Assembly (NCBI GenBank): GCA_963798215.1
Contig: CAWCSP010000005.1
Coordinates: 259,539 to 323,538, forward strand
From: an uncultured Acidobacteriota bacterium
GTDB lineage: Bacteria; Acidobacteriota; Thermoanaerobaculia; UBA5066
Direction of reading: 5' to 3'
DNA length: 64,000 bases
The translations under genes were made by a program, and so were the position numbers. The notes under the pieces were generated by a model. It was not told where the DNA came from, searched no databases, and saw only the letters and a list, made by a program, of their open reading frames with translations. This document shows, one piece after another, positions 1-10,839 of the stretch. Position 1 is the first letter of the stretch, and every line of letters begins with the position of its first letter.

Positions 1-1689
1 TTCTCGCAGCGGCGCGCCGAGCTCCTCGCCGCGGTCGAGGTCCTGACGGAGCTCGACGCCGCGCAGGCGCGCGCGGAGTTCTCGTCGGCCACGGGCGGCG
101 TCTTCCCCGAGTTCGGGGAGCGACTCGTCCTCAAGGCGGCGCGCCACCCGCTCCTCGACAAGCGCCTCGCCCAGCTGCGCGCCGAGATCTTCGGCGAGGA
201 CGAGGAGCGCCACTCGGAGGCGGTGCCGCTCGACCTCGAGCTGCCGGAGGGCGTGCGGACGCTGCTTCTCTCGGGCCCGAACGCGGGCGGCAAGAGCGTC
301 GCGATGAAGACGGCCGGCCTCTTCTCGCTGCTCGCCCAGTCGGGCTTCGCGATCCCGGCCGCACCCGGCTCGACGCTGCCGGTCTTCGACGCCGTCCTCG
401 TCGTCGCCGGCGACGCGCAGGACCTCCTTGGCGACCTCTCGTCCTTCGCCGCCGCGATGACGCGCACGGCGCGCGTCCTCGCCGGGGCGACGCCGAGGAG
501 CCTCGTCCTCCTCGACGAGGTCGGGAGCGGCACGGACCCCGACGAAGGCGCGGCGCTCGCGATCGCGGTCCTCCAGGAAGACCTGGCGCGCGGCGGCTTC
601 ACGGTCGCGACGACGCACCTGTCCGCCGTCAAGGAGTGGGCGCAGGACCGGCCGGGAGTCCTCTCGGCCGCGATGGAGTTCGACGAGAAGGCGGGCCGCC
701 CGACGTTCCGCGTGAGGCCCGGCGCGTTCGGCCGCTCGCGCGCGCTCGCCGTGGCCGAGCGCGCGGGCCTCCCCGCCCGCGTCCTCGCGGCGGCGAAGGC
801 ACGGCTCGGCGACAAGTGGATGGCCGCCGACGCCGCGCTCCAGCGCCTCGAGTCCGAGACGCGCCGCGCGCGCGAGGAGGCCGACGCCGCGAAGGCCGCG
901 GCCCTGAAGGCGCAGGCGCGCCTCGCCGACCTCGAGAAGGAGCGGGCGGCGCTCGCTCTCGAGCGCGCCAAGGTGAAGGAGAAGGCGAAGGAACAGATCG
1001 AGAAGGCGCTCGTCACGCTCCGCGAGAAGACGCGCCAGGAGCTCGAGCGGATGCGCGAGGACCTCAAGGCGGGCCGCAGCGTCTCGAGGGGCGCGCTCAT
1101 GACCGTGACGCAGACGGCTCGCGAGGCGGCGCTCGGCCTCTTCGGCGAGGAGGAGCCCGAGACGCCCTCCGGGCCCGTCACGCCGGGAATGGACGTGAAG
1201 GTCGCGCCGTTCGGCTCGGTCGGCAGGCTCCTGACGCTCGGGCCGCGCGGAGAGGCGGAGGTCGAGATCAAGGGCAAGCGGATGCGCGTCGAGGCGAAAT
1301 CGCTGTCGCCCGCGTCCGCCGCCCCGGCAGGCCGACCGAACCTGGAACGCGCAGGCCGCGCGGCTCCCGGGGACCCCCTTTCCAAGAAGTCTTCCTCTGC
1401 TCCCCAGTCTTCCGATCTCTCGCCCGCCTCGCCCGCCGTCGTCGCGACCGCCGAGCTCGTCCTCGTCGGCCAGCGCGTGGACGCGGCGCTTCCGCTCGTC
1501 GAGCGCGCGATCAACGACGCGCTGCTCTCGGGCAAGGGCGCGCTGCGCCTCGTCCACGGGCACGGCACGGGCCGCCTCGCGGCGGCCGTGCGGGAGTTCC
1601 TCACGACGCACCCAGGGGTCGCGTCTTTCCGCTACGCGGACGCCTCCGAGGGCGGCCCCGCCGTCACGATCGCGAGGCTCGATGTCTGA
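1..1689 (+). CDS. mutS2: Endonuclease MutS2 (5' end outside window)
   Basis: Frame open from base 1 (FSQRRAELL...). Walker A GPNAGGKSV, DEVGSGTDP, long coiled coil, C-terminal Smr domain (LRLVHGHGTGRL). Confidence 0.9.
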   Translation, partial: FSQRRAELLAAVEVLTELDAAQARAEFSSATGGVFPEFGERLVLKAARHPLLDKRLAQLRAEIFGEDEERHSEAVPLDLELPEGVRTLLLSGPNAGGKSVAMKTAGLFSLLAQSGFAIPAAPGSTLPVFDAVLVVAGDAQDLLGDLSSFAAAMTRTARVLAGATPRSLVLLDEVGSGTDPDEGAALAIAVLQEDLARGGFTVATTHLSAVKEWAQDRPGVLSAAMEFDEKAGRPTFRVRPGAFGRSRALAVAERAGLPARVLAAAKARLGDKWMAADAALQRLESETRRAREEADAAKAAALKAQARLADLEKERAALALERAKVKEKAKEQIEKALVTLREKTRQELERMREDLKAGRSVSRGALMTVTQTAREAALGLFGEEEPETPSGPVTPGMDVKVAPFGSVGRLLTLGPRGEAEVEIKGKRMRVEAKSLSPASAAPAGRPNLERAGRAAPGDPLSKKSSSAPQSSDLSPASPAVVATAELVLVGQRVDAALPLVERAINDALLSGKGALRLVHGHGTGRLAAAVREFLTTHPGVASFRYADASEGGPAVTIARLDV

Positions 1690-3505
1690 CCAGCAGTACG
1701 ACATCAACGACGACGTCAAGCGCGAGGTCCTGAACGCGACGGACCTCGTCGCGCTGATCGGCGCCTCGACGTCGCTCAAGAAGATGGGGAAGTCGTGGAA
1801 AGGCCTGTGCCCCTTCCACGGCGAGAAGTCGGCGTCCTTCTACGTCCACCCGGACAAGGGCTTCTACTACTGCTTCGGCTGCGGGGCGAAGGGCGACGCG
1901 ATCACGTTCGTCCGCGAGACCGAGCGCATGGACTTTCCGGAGGCCGTCGCGTACCTCGCGCGCCTCGCGGGAATCGCGTTGCCGGTTCGCAAGAGCGGGA
2001 CCCGGGCCGACCGCGGGCGCGACTCGCGCGCCTCCGAGGCGCTCGCGGCGGCGGCGGCGTTCTTCCGCGCGGGCCTCGGCACGCACCCAGCCGCGCGCGC
2101 GCTCCTCGAAAAGCGCGGCCTTTCGCCCGAGGAGGGTGCGGCGTTCGGGTTCGGCGCGGCGGCGGACTCGTGGGACGCGCTCAAGAACAGCCTCGGCGCG
2201 CGCTTCACGGAGGAAGCGCTCGTGGACGCGGGCCTCCTCCAGAGGAACCCCGAGACGGGCCGCGTCTACGACCGCTTCCGCAACCGCTTGACGGTCGAGA
2301 TCCGCGACCCGCGCGGCGAGGTCCTCGGCTTCGGAGCCCGCGCGTTCGGCGACGAGCAGCCCAAGTACCTGAACTCGCCCGAGACGGCGCGCTTCTCGAA
2401 AGGCAAGCTCCTGTACGGCCTCGACCGCGCGCGAGAGGCGATCCGCAGGGAAGACGCCGTCCTCCTCGTCGAGGGCTACTTCGACCGCATCGCGTGCGAG
2501 CGCGCGGGCCTCGCGTGGGCGGTCGCCTCGATGGGCACCGCGCTCACGCCCGCACAGGCCGACCTCCTGTCCCGACATGCCGGCACGGTCATCGTCGCGT
2601 ACGACGGCGACCCGCCCGGCGTCGCCGCGTCGTACAAGGCGTTCCCGCTCCTTCTCGCGCGCGGCGCGAACGTGAAGCTCCTGGCGCTGCCGGACGGGCA
2701 CGACCCCGATTCCTTCCTCGCGGCGCACGGCCCCGAGGCGCTCCGGAACGAGGTGGGGGCGGCGCGGCCGCTCCTCGACGCGCTCCTCGCCGGCGTTCCG
2801 CCGGCCGGCAGCGACGCCGTCGAGCGGGCGGGGAAGCTGCGCGAGGCGGTCGAGATCCTCTCGGCGGCCCCGGATCCGGTCCTCAGGAACGAGTTCCTGA
2901 CGGGCCTTTCCCGCGGCGCGGGCGTCCCCTTCTCGGTGCTCTCGAGGGGGGCGGCGGCAGCCGAGGGGAAGAAAGCCGGCCTTCCGGCGGTTAGGAAGGA
3001 CCCGGTGGCGTCACCTCAGGAGCTGCCGGAACAGGAGGCCCGGGTTCTTTCCGCCATCCTCTCCGACTGGCCCGACAGCGCTCCCCTCGTGGAGAGGATC
3101 CCGGCAGAGCTTTTTGCACATCCAACTGCCCGGGAAGTCTTTATCGCCGTGAAAGAGTTTGCGTCTCAGCCCGGAACCCTTGATTTTTCGTCACTTACGA
3201 CCCATCTTGGGGCGGATGCAGGGCCCGTGGCCGCCCAGCTCCTCCTTCGGGAGGGCAACCCAAGGGCGGAAAGTGGGGTCGCGGCGGGCTCGGAGGGCCT
3301 CAGCCGCATCCATATCCCGTTGATGCAGTTGAAGATACGTCTGCTGGAGGAGACGGCGAGGAACCTCCAGCCCGAGATCCAGGACGCTTCGACCGCCGGA
3401 GACCACAAGGCGGGCGAAGCTGCGACGAGACGCAAGCAGGAACTGGCCGAGGAAATCCGCCGCCTCAAGGCGGAACTGAAAGCCGAGACCCAGAGACGAA
3501 TCTGA
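1682..3505 (+). CDS. dnaG: DNA primase
   Basis: CHC2 zinc finger CPFHGEKSASFYV...YYCFGCGAKGD and a Toprim region (LLVEGYFD, VAYDGD). ATG overlaps the mutS2 stop by 8 nt (ATGTCTGA). Confidence 0.92.
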   Translation: MSDQQYDINDDVKREVLNATDLVALIGASTSLKKMGKSWKGLCPFHGEKSASFYVHPDKGFYYCFGCGAKGDAITFVRETERMDFPEAVAYLARLAGIALPVRKSGTRADRGRDSRASEALAAAAAFFRAGLGTHPAARALLEKRGLSPEEGAAFGFGAAADSWDALKNSLGARFTEEALVDAGLLQRNPETGRVYDRFRNRLTVEIRDPRGEVLGFGARAFGDEQPKYLNSPETARFSKGKLLYGLDRAREAIRREDAVLLVEGYFDRIACERAGLAWAVASMGTALTPAQADLLSRHAGTVIVAYDGDPPGVAASYKAFPLLLARGANVKLLALPDGHDPDSFLAAHGPEALRNEVGAARPLLDALLAGVPPAGSDAVERAGKLREAVEILSAAPDPVLRNEFLTGLSRGAGVPFSVLSRGAAAAEGKKAGLPAVRKDPVASPQELPEQEARVLSAILSDWPDSAPLVERIPAELFAHPTAREVFIAVKEFASQPGTLDFSSLTTHLGADAGPVAAQLLLREGNPRAESGVAAGSEGLSRIHIPLMQLKIRLLEETARNLQPEIQDASTAGDHKAGEAATRRKQELAEEIRRLKAELKAETQRRI

Positions 3506-3529
3506 GCGAGGCGCCCGGGATCCGGGCGC

Positions 3530-5299
<1,770 letters not shown>

Positions 5300-5333
5300 G
5301 ACGAAGAGAAGATTTCTTAGAAGGTTAAGAGGG
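5300..5333 (+). repeat. Low-GC purine-rich motif copy 1 (GACGAAGAGAAGATTTCTTAGAAGGTTAAGAGGG)
   Basis: 10-mer GAAGAGAAGA at 5303-5312 followed by TTCTTAG. Lies between the rpoD stop and its terminator. Related copies at 7626-7684 (inverted, two 10-mers) and 23146-23184. Confidence 0.5.
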
Positions 5334-5336
5334 ATG

Positions 5337-5367
5337 GGGCGGCCGGTTGAGGCCGCCCTTCTTCTTT
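5337..5367 (+). terminator. Rho-independent terminator after rpoD
   Basis: Perfect 8-bp GC stem GGGCGGCC / GGCCGCCC with 6-nt loop, followed by TTCTTCTTT. Confidence 0.7.
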
Positions 5368-5506
5368 GAGGCGGTCACGGGCGCGGCGCGGAGCGCGCCT
5401 GCGGGCCGCCGCCACACGCGCCTTCTCAGAAGAATCCTCTCTTCCTCCGGATCCCCGTCAAAATCCCCTTCTTCCGCGGCGTGTTATCCTCCCTGTTCGG
5501 CCGTCG

Positions 5507-5582
5507 GGGTCCGTAGCTCAGCGGTCAGAGCCACCGGCTCATAACCGGCGGGTCCCTGGTTCGAATCCAGGCGGACCCACCA
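5507..5582 (+). tRNA. tRNA-Met (anticodon CAT); lysidine-modified tRNA-Ile2 not excluded
   Basis: 76 nt cloverleaf: acceptor GGGTCCG/CGGACCC, D arm GCTC-AGCGGTCA-GAGC, anticodon loop CTCATAA, T arm CCTGG-TTCGAAT-CCAGG, encoded CCA. G1-C72 pair argues against an initiator. Confidence 0.88.
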
Positions 5583-5748
5583 GTCCGGCGGCAGAAGGAG
5601 ATTCGAAAATCCGGGCGCGACGAATTCACTCCGATCCCGCGGGCGCTTCCGAGTGCCGGGGGTTCGTCCAGGCGGGCGCCGTGCGGCGCCCGTTTTTCGT
5701 TTTCAGGGGGTTCTTCGTGACATCACCACGAGAGATGGGAGCGAGACG

Positions 5749-6483
5749 TTGAGCACGGGCACCACGGGGGCGTTGGACAGGCTGTTTCTTCTCCAGGAAG
5801 TCCTCATCGAGGTCCACCAGAAGATCGAGAAGCGCGCGAAGACGCCGGAACACCTCGCACACGTCGAAGCCGCGTACCGGGACTCGCGCCAGCAGCGCGA
5901 GGAGACCGAGAGGACGCTGGCCCGCGCGGCCGAGCGCAAGAAGGCGCTCGAGGGCGAGATCCTCGACCTGAACGAGAAGCTCAAGAAGTACCAGACGCAA
6001 CTCCAGTCCGTGAAGACGAACCGCGAGTACGGCGCCCTCCTGAACGAGCTCGACGTCGTGAAGCGCGACGTGAGGACGCGCGAGGACGAGATTCTCGCCC
6101 TCGAGGAGGCCGCGTCGGTTGCTTCGGCGGAGCTCGAGAGACGGAGCGAGGCCTTCCCGGCCGAGGAAGCGGGCTACGAGGAGCAGATGAAGGAATGGCG
6201 CGCCGAGCAGGCCGCGCTCTCCGAGGAAATCGCGAAGGCCGAGGCGCAGGCGAAGGCGCTCCGCGAGGAGCTCGACCACCGGCTCCTCTCGACGTTCGAC
6301 CGTCTCGCGCGCGTCCGCGCGGGGATCGCGGTCGCGAAGGTCGACATGGTCGGCCCGCAGACCGCCGCGTGCTCCGCCTGCCACGTGCGCCTCCGTCCGC
6401 AGCTCCTTTCGGACCTGCGCCTCGGGCGCGAGACCGTGACCTGCGAGAGCTGCAAGCGCATCCTCTACTGGGCGGGCGCGTGA
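5749..6483 (+). CDS. Coiled-coil / C4 zinc-ribbon protein (COG1579 / DUF164-like)
   Basis: Long heptad coiled coil, then CSACHVRL...CESCKRILY. Start placed at TTG 5749, preceded by GGGAG; the ORF-track ATG at 5653 gives an implausible Arg/Gly-rich leader. Confidence 0.7.
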   Translation: MSTGTTGALDRLFLLQEVLIEVHQKIEKRAKTPEHLAHVEAAYRDSRQQREETERTLARAAERKKALEGEILDLNEKLKKYQTQLQSVKTNREYGALLNELDVVKRDVRTREDEILALEEAASVASAELERRSEAFPAEEAGYEEQMKEWRAEQAALSEEIAKAEAQAKALREELDHRLLSTFDRLARVRAGIAVAKVDMVGPQTAACSACHVRLRPQLLSDLRLGRETVTCESCKRILYWAGA

Positions 6484-6947
6484 CGGACGCGGGGCGACGC
6501 GCGGGCGGCGCCGCTCCCGCTTCCGCCGCCGCTCCTCTCGTCCTCTACTTCGACGGGGCGTCGCGGGGAAACCCGGGGCCGTCGGCGTACGGCGTGTGGT
6601 CGCCCTCCGGCCTCGAGAAGGCGGCGGTCCTCGGCTCGGCGACGAACAACGTCGCCGAGTGGCGCGGCTTTCTCGCCGCGCTGGACCTCGCGGTGGCCTC
6701 GGGGGCCGAGGACGTCGAGATCCGTGCGGACAGCCAGCTCGTCCTCCGGCAATTCTCCGGCGAGTACCGGATGAAGGCTCCTCATCTCGCGGACTACCTC
6801 GCCCAGGCGCGGGCCAAGGCGCGCAAGGTGCGCCGGCTGCGCGTCCTCCACGTTCCGCGCGCGGAGAACCGCGAGGCGGACGCCCTCGCGAACCGCGCTC
6901 TCGACGCCGAAGCGCGGCACGCGCGGAGGGCCGGGACGCCCGCGTGA
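6480..6947 (+). CDS. Ribonuclease HI family protein
   Basis: LVLYFDGASRGNPGPSAYGVW...NNVAEWRGFLAAL...ADSQLVLRQ...RAENREADALAN. GTG start overlaps the upstream stop (GTGA). Confidence 0.8.
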   Translation: MTDAGRRAGGAAPASAAAPLVLYFDGASRGNPGPSAYGVWSPSGLEKAAVLGSATNNVAEWRGFLAALDLAVASGAEDVEIRADSQLVLRQFSGEYRMKAPHLADYLAQARAKARKVRRLRVLHVPRAENREADALANRALDAEARHARRAGTPA

Positions 6948-7630
6948 CCCGGGCGGCGGAGATCGCGCAGCGCATGGCCGACGTCCGTGGCCGGATCGCG
7001 GAGGCCGAACGCCGCGCAGGCCGTGCACCCGGCTCCGTCACGCTCGTCGCCGTCGGGAAGACGTATCCGCTCGACGACCTCCTCGCCGCGCAGCAGGCGG
7101 GCGTCGCGGAGTTCGGCGAGAACCGCGTCCAGGAGGCCGAGGCGAAGTTCCCGTTCCTCCCTCCCGGCTGCACGGGGCACCTGATCGGCCCGATCCAGTC
7201 CAACAAGGCGAACCGCGCCGCGAAGGTCGCGACCATCGTCCAGACGATCGACTCGGGAGACCTCGCGCGCCGGCTCGACCGCGCGGCCGCGGCTCTCGGC
7301 AAGTGCCTCGGCGCGTACGTGCAGGTGCGCCTCGGCGGCGAGACGACGAAGTCGGGTATCGAACCCGACAAAACCGCGGCCCTCGTCGCCGCGGTGAAAT
7401 CGCTGCCCGCGCTCGACCTCCTCGGCCTCATGGCGATCCCGCCGCCGGGCGACACGCGGCCGCACTTCGCCGCGCTCCGCGCCCTCGCGGAATCCCTCGG
7501 GATCTCCGGCCTCTCCATGGGAATGAGCGACGACTTCGAGGCTGCGGTGGAAGAGGGCGCGACGCTCGTGCGCGTCGGCTCTGCGATCTTCGGGGCGCGG
7601 GAGACGAAGAGGGAACGGGAGATTGCTTAG
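6944..7630 (+). CDS. yggS: YggS-family pyridoxal-phosphate homeostasis protein
   Basis: VTLVAVGKT, FGENRVQE, HLIGPIQSNK, SMGMSDDFEAAVEEGATLVRVGSAIFG. GTGA start/stop overlap with the RNase H gene. Confidence 0.88.
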   Translation: MTRAAEIAQRMADVRGRIAEAERRAGRAPGSVTLVAVGKTYPLDDLLAAQQAGVAEFGENRVQEAEAKFPFLPPGCTGHLIGPIQSNKANRAAKVATIVQTIDSGDLARRLDRAAAALGKCLGAYVQVRLGGETTKSGIEPDKTAALVAAVKSLPALDLLGLMAIPPPGDTRPHFAALRALAESLGISGLSMGMSDDFEAAVEEGATLVRVGSAIFGARETKREREIA

Positions 7631-7684
7631 AAGGTAAGCTAAGAAAATCTTCTCTTCTGTCTTCGGCTGCTAATCTTCTCTTCG
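7626..7684 (-). repeat. Low-GC purine-rich motif copy 2 (two GAAGAGAAGA units on the minus strand)
   Basis: TCTTCTCTTC at 7648-7657 and 7674-7683 (reverse complement of GAAGAGAAGA), plus CTTAGAAGGTAAGCTAAG at 7626-7643. Lies between the yggS stop and the next start. Confidence 0.5.
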
Positions 7685-8365
7685 ATGAGCCGCACGTACG
7701 CGACGCGCTTCGCGGCACCTCCCGGATGGCGGCGCATCCCGCCCGTCACGCGCGCTCTCCTCGTCCTCGTCGGCGCGGGGTACCTCCTGACGCTCGCGTG
7801 GCCGGAGGCGGCCGTGTGGCTCGTCCTCGCGCCGGGCGCCGTCCTCGCGGGACAGGTCTGGCGGCTCGTCACGTACGCCGTGGTGAACGCGTCCATCGGA
7901 GCGGTCCTCGTCGATCTCCTCCTCCTGTGGCAGATGGGCAGCGAGATGGAGCCCCGGTGGGGCTCGAGACGGTTCGCCGCTTTTCTCGTGGCGTCCACGC
8001 TTCTCGCGGGCGCGCTCGGGCTCCTCGTCGGAGGAGGAGCGGGCCTTGCGCCGACGATTCTCGCGCTGATCTTCGCGTGGATGCTCGAGGGGCCTTCGCA
8101 AAGCCTCCTCTTCTTCGGCGTCTTCCCGATGACGAGGCTCGGCTTCGCGGCGCTCGCCTTCGTGCTCGTGGTCTTTTCCGAGCTCGAGGCGACGCGGTCT
8201 CTCCTTCGCCTTCTCTTCGTCCTCGGCGGACTGCCGGTCGCCTGGCTTTTCGCGCACGGCCCGCGCGGCGGCGGCGGCGGTCCGCGCTTTCCGCGGATGC
8301 GCAATCCGTTTCGAAGGCGGCGCTTCACGGTCGTCGGGCCCGGCTCGGACTTCCGCGTGCATTAG
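7685..8365 (+). CDS. Rhomboid-like polytopic membrane protein (catalytic GxSG not evident)
   Basis: Six hydrophobic segments and a QVWRLVTY motif typical of the rhomboid fold. No clear Ser/His dyad could be identified by eye. Confidence 0.5.
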   Translation: MSRTYATRFAAPPGWRRIPPVTRALLVLVGAGYLLTLAWPEAAVWLVLAPGAVLAGQVWRLVTYAVVNASIGAVLVDLLLLWQMGSEMEPRWGSRRFAAFLVASTLLAGALGLLVGGGAGLAPTILALIFAWMLEGPSQSLLFFGVFPMTRLGFAALAFVLVVFSELEATRSLLRLLFVLGGLPVAWLFAHGPRGGGGGPRFPRMRNPFRRRRFTVVGPGSDFRVH

Positions 8366-8394
8366 GTTGACTGTAAAGGGTTTATAATCCGGTC

Positions 8395-8910
8395 ATGCGC
8401 CCTACGATCAGCTCTCTCGAGATCCGGAAAAGGCAGTTCCCGAAGCGCTTCCGCGGCGTCGACCCGGCCGAGGTCTCGCAGTTTCTCGAGGCCCTCGCCG
8501 AGGACTTCGAAGAGCTCAAGCGCGAGCTCGACGAGGTCGAGCGCGAGAACGCCCGGCTCAAGGACGAAAACGCCCGGCATCGCGAAACCGAGGTGACGCT
8601 GAAGGAGACCCTCCTCCTCGCCCAGCGCTCGGCCGACAGCCTGCGCGAGACGAGCGAGAAGGACGCGGGCCGCATCGTCGGCGAGGCCGAGACGAAAGCA
8701 GAGAAAATGGTCCAGCAGGCGCTCGACCGTATGGCCGAGACGGAGAAGAAGATCCGCGAGCTCCGCATGGAGCGCCGCAACTTCCACATCAAGTTCCAGG
8801 GGATGCTCGACCTCTTCCAGCAGGTCCTGAAGTTCGACAAGGAAGAGGACGAGATGGAAGCCTCGATCTCGGTTCACCGCCCGAGGCGGAAGGAAGGGGA
8901 GGCCGGCTGA
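8395..8910 (+). CDS. divIVA: DivIVA domain protein
   Basis: N-terminal IRKRQFPKRFRGVDPAEVSQFLEALAEDFEEL followed by a coiled coil. Confidence 0.85.
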   Translation: MRPTISSLEIRKRQFPKRFRGVDPAEVSQFLEALAEDFEELKRELDEVERENARLKDENARHRETEVTLKETLLLAQRSADSLRETSEKDAGRIVGEAETKAEKMVQQALDRMAETEKKIRELRMERRNFHIKFQGMLDLFQQVLKFDKEEDEMEASISVHRPRRKEGEAG

Positions 8911-9002
8911 CCTCCGTCCTGACGGTCCGGCATCTCGCGGAGCTCGCGACGCCGGAGGGGACCGCGGCGCGCGGTGGCGCCGCGCAGGGTGCGATCCGGC
9001 GC

Positions 9003-10187
9003 GTGACGGACGCGGCCCTGCGCTTCGAAGACGGGCGGGTCGCCTTCGCGGGGACCGACACCGACTTCGTGCGGCGCTACGGCGAGGCGCCCGTGCCGGG
9101 CGAGACGATCCTCGACGGGCGCGGCAAGACCGCCGTCCCCGGCTTCGTCGACGCGCACACGCACCTCCCGTGGGACGGCTTCCGCGAGGACGAGTTCAAC
9201 CGGCGCCTCAAGGGCGAGACGTACGCGGGGATCGCGGCCTCGGGCGGCGGCATCGTCGCGACGGTCGCGGCCACGCGCGCGGCCTCCGTCGAGACGCTCA
9301 CCGCGAACGTGAAGGCGCGGCTCGACCGGATGCTCGCGCACGGGACGACGTTCTGCGAGGCGAAGACGGGCTACGGCCTCGACCTCCCGAACGAGAAGAA
9401 GCAGCTCGCCGCGATCCTCGCGGGCGCGAAGGGCCACGCCGTCGGGGTCGCACCCACGGCGCTCCCCGCGCACGAGTTTCCGCCCGAGCGGCGGGGCTCG
9501 CCCGCCCTCCGGAGGCGCTACGTAGACGAGTGCGTGAACGAGATCCTCCCGGCGCTCGCGGAAGGGGGCGCGCGCTTCGCGGACGTCTTCTGCGAGGAGG
9601 GCGTCTTCTCTCTCGCCGAGTCGGCCGAGATCCTCGAGGCCGGAAAGTCCGTCGGCCTCGTCCCGCGCGTCCACGCCGACGAGCTCACGCCGCTCGGCGG
9701 CGCATCGCTCGCGGCGCGCCTGGGCGCCGCGTCGGCCGACCACCTCCTCTACGCGACGGACGACGGGATCCGGGACATGGCGGATTCCGGCGTCGTCGCG
9801 ACGCTCCTCCCGGGCACGTCCGTCTTCCTGCGGATGAACCGCTACGCGCCGGCGCGGAAGATGATCGCCGCGGGCGTCCCGGTCGCACTCGGGACGGACT
9901 GCAACCCCGGGTCGTCGTACACGGAGTCGCTCCCCGCCGTCGCGTTTCTCGCGTCCGTCGGGATGGGCCTCACGGTCGAGGAGACGCTCACGGCGATGAC
10001 GCTGAACGCCGCGGCCTCGCTCGGCGAAGGCGCGAGCCGCGGCACGCTCGAGGAGGGAAAGGCCGGCGACGCGGTCCTCCTCGACGGGCCGTCCCTCGAG
10101 CATCTCGTCTACCACTGGGGCGTCAGCCTCGTGACGGACGTCGTCGCGGGCGGCCGCCACGCCGCGCAGCGCGGCCTGCTACGCTGA
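9003..10187 (+). CDS. hutI: Imidazolonepropionase (true start probably upstream near 8907)
   Basis: GFVDAHTHLPW, KTGYGLD, HADEL and GTDCNPG metal-ligand motifs. The in-frame upstream stretch LTVRHLAELATP... looks like the genuine N-terminus. Confidence 0.85.
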   Translation: MTDAALRFEDGRVAFAGTDTDFVRRYGEAPVPGETILDGRGKTAVPGFVDAHTHLPWDGFREDEFNRRLKGETYAGIAASGGGIVATVAATRAASVETLTANVKARLDRMLAHGTTFCEAKTGYGLDLPNEKKQLAAILAGAKGHAVGVAPTALPAHEFPPERRGSPALRRRYVDECVNEILPALAEGGARFADVFCEEGVFSLAESAEILEAGKSVGLVPRVHADELTPLGGASLAARLGAASADHLLYATDDGIRDMADSGVVATLLPGTSVFLRMNRYAPARKMIAAGVPVALGTDCNPGSSYTESLPAVAFLASVGMGLTVEETLTAMTLNAAASLGEGASRGTLEEGKAGDAVLLDGPSLEHLVYHWGVSLVTDVVAGGRHAAQRGLLR

Positions 10188-10191
10188 GGGC

Positions 10192-10830
10192 ATGAGCCGT
10201 CTCGTCTCGCTTTCCGTCGAAGACTTCGCCGCCGCCCTCGCCTCAGACGCGCCCGCTCCCGGCGGCGGCTCGGCCGCGGCCGCCGGCGGGGCGAACGGCG
10301 CGGGCCTTCTCGCGATGGTCGTCCGCCTCACGCTCGGCAAGGAGAAATACAAGGCCGCCTGGGACGAGCTCGCGCCGCTCGTCGACCGGCTCGACGGTGC
10401 GCGCGCGAAGCTCCTCGAGCTGGTCGACGAGGACACGAAGGCCTTCGACGGGATCCTCGCCGCCCGGCGGCTCCCGAAGGAGACCGACGCGGACAAGGCC
10501 GCGCGCCAGAAGGCGATCGACGAGGCGAACGTCCTCGCGACAACCGTGCCCATGCAGACGGCGTTCTTCGCGCACGAGGCCCTGAAGGCCGCGCCCCTCG
10601 TCCTCGAGAAGGGAAACCCGAACGCGGCTTCCGACGCGTGGGCGGGCGCGCTCGCATCCTGGGCGGCGGTCCTCGCGGCGCTCGCGAACGTGAGGATCAA
10701 CCTGCCCGGTGTCGCCGACCCGGACCTTTCGCGCGGGTTCCGCGAGGACGCCGACCTGATGGAGAAAACGGCCGGCGAGGCGCTCGAGAAGACGCGCGCG
10801 CTCGCCCGGGCCCGCGGCCTCGCGTCCTGA
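10192..10830 (+). CDS. Cyclodeaminase/cyclohydrolase family protein (FTCD C-terminal-like)
   Basis: FAAALASDAPAPGGGSAAAAGGANGAGLLAMVVRLTLGK and an all-helical remainder. Confidence 0.75.
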   Translation: MSRLVSLSVEDFAAALASDAPAPGGGSAAAAGGANGAGLLAMVVRLTLGKEKYKAAWDELAPLVDRLDGARAKLLELVDEDTKAFDGILAARRLPKETDADKAARQKAIDEANVLATTVPMQTAFFAHEALKAAPLVLEKGNPNAASDAWAGALASWAAVLAALANVRINLPGVADPDLSRGFREDADLMEKTAGEALEKTRALARARGLAS

Positions 10831-10839
10831 CGCGCGCGC

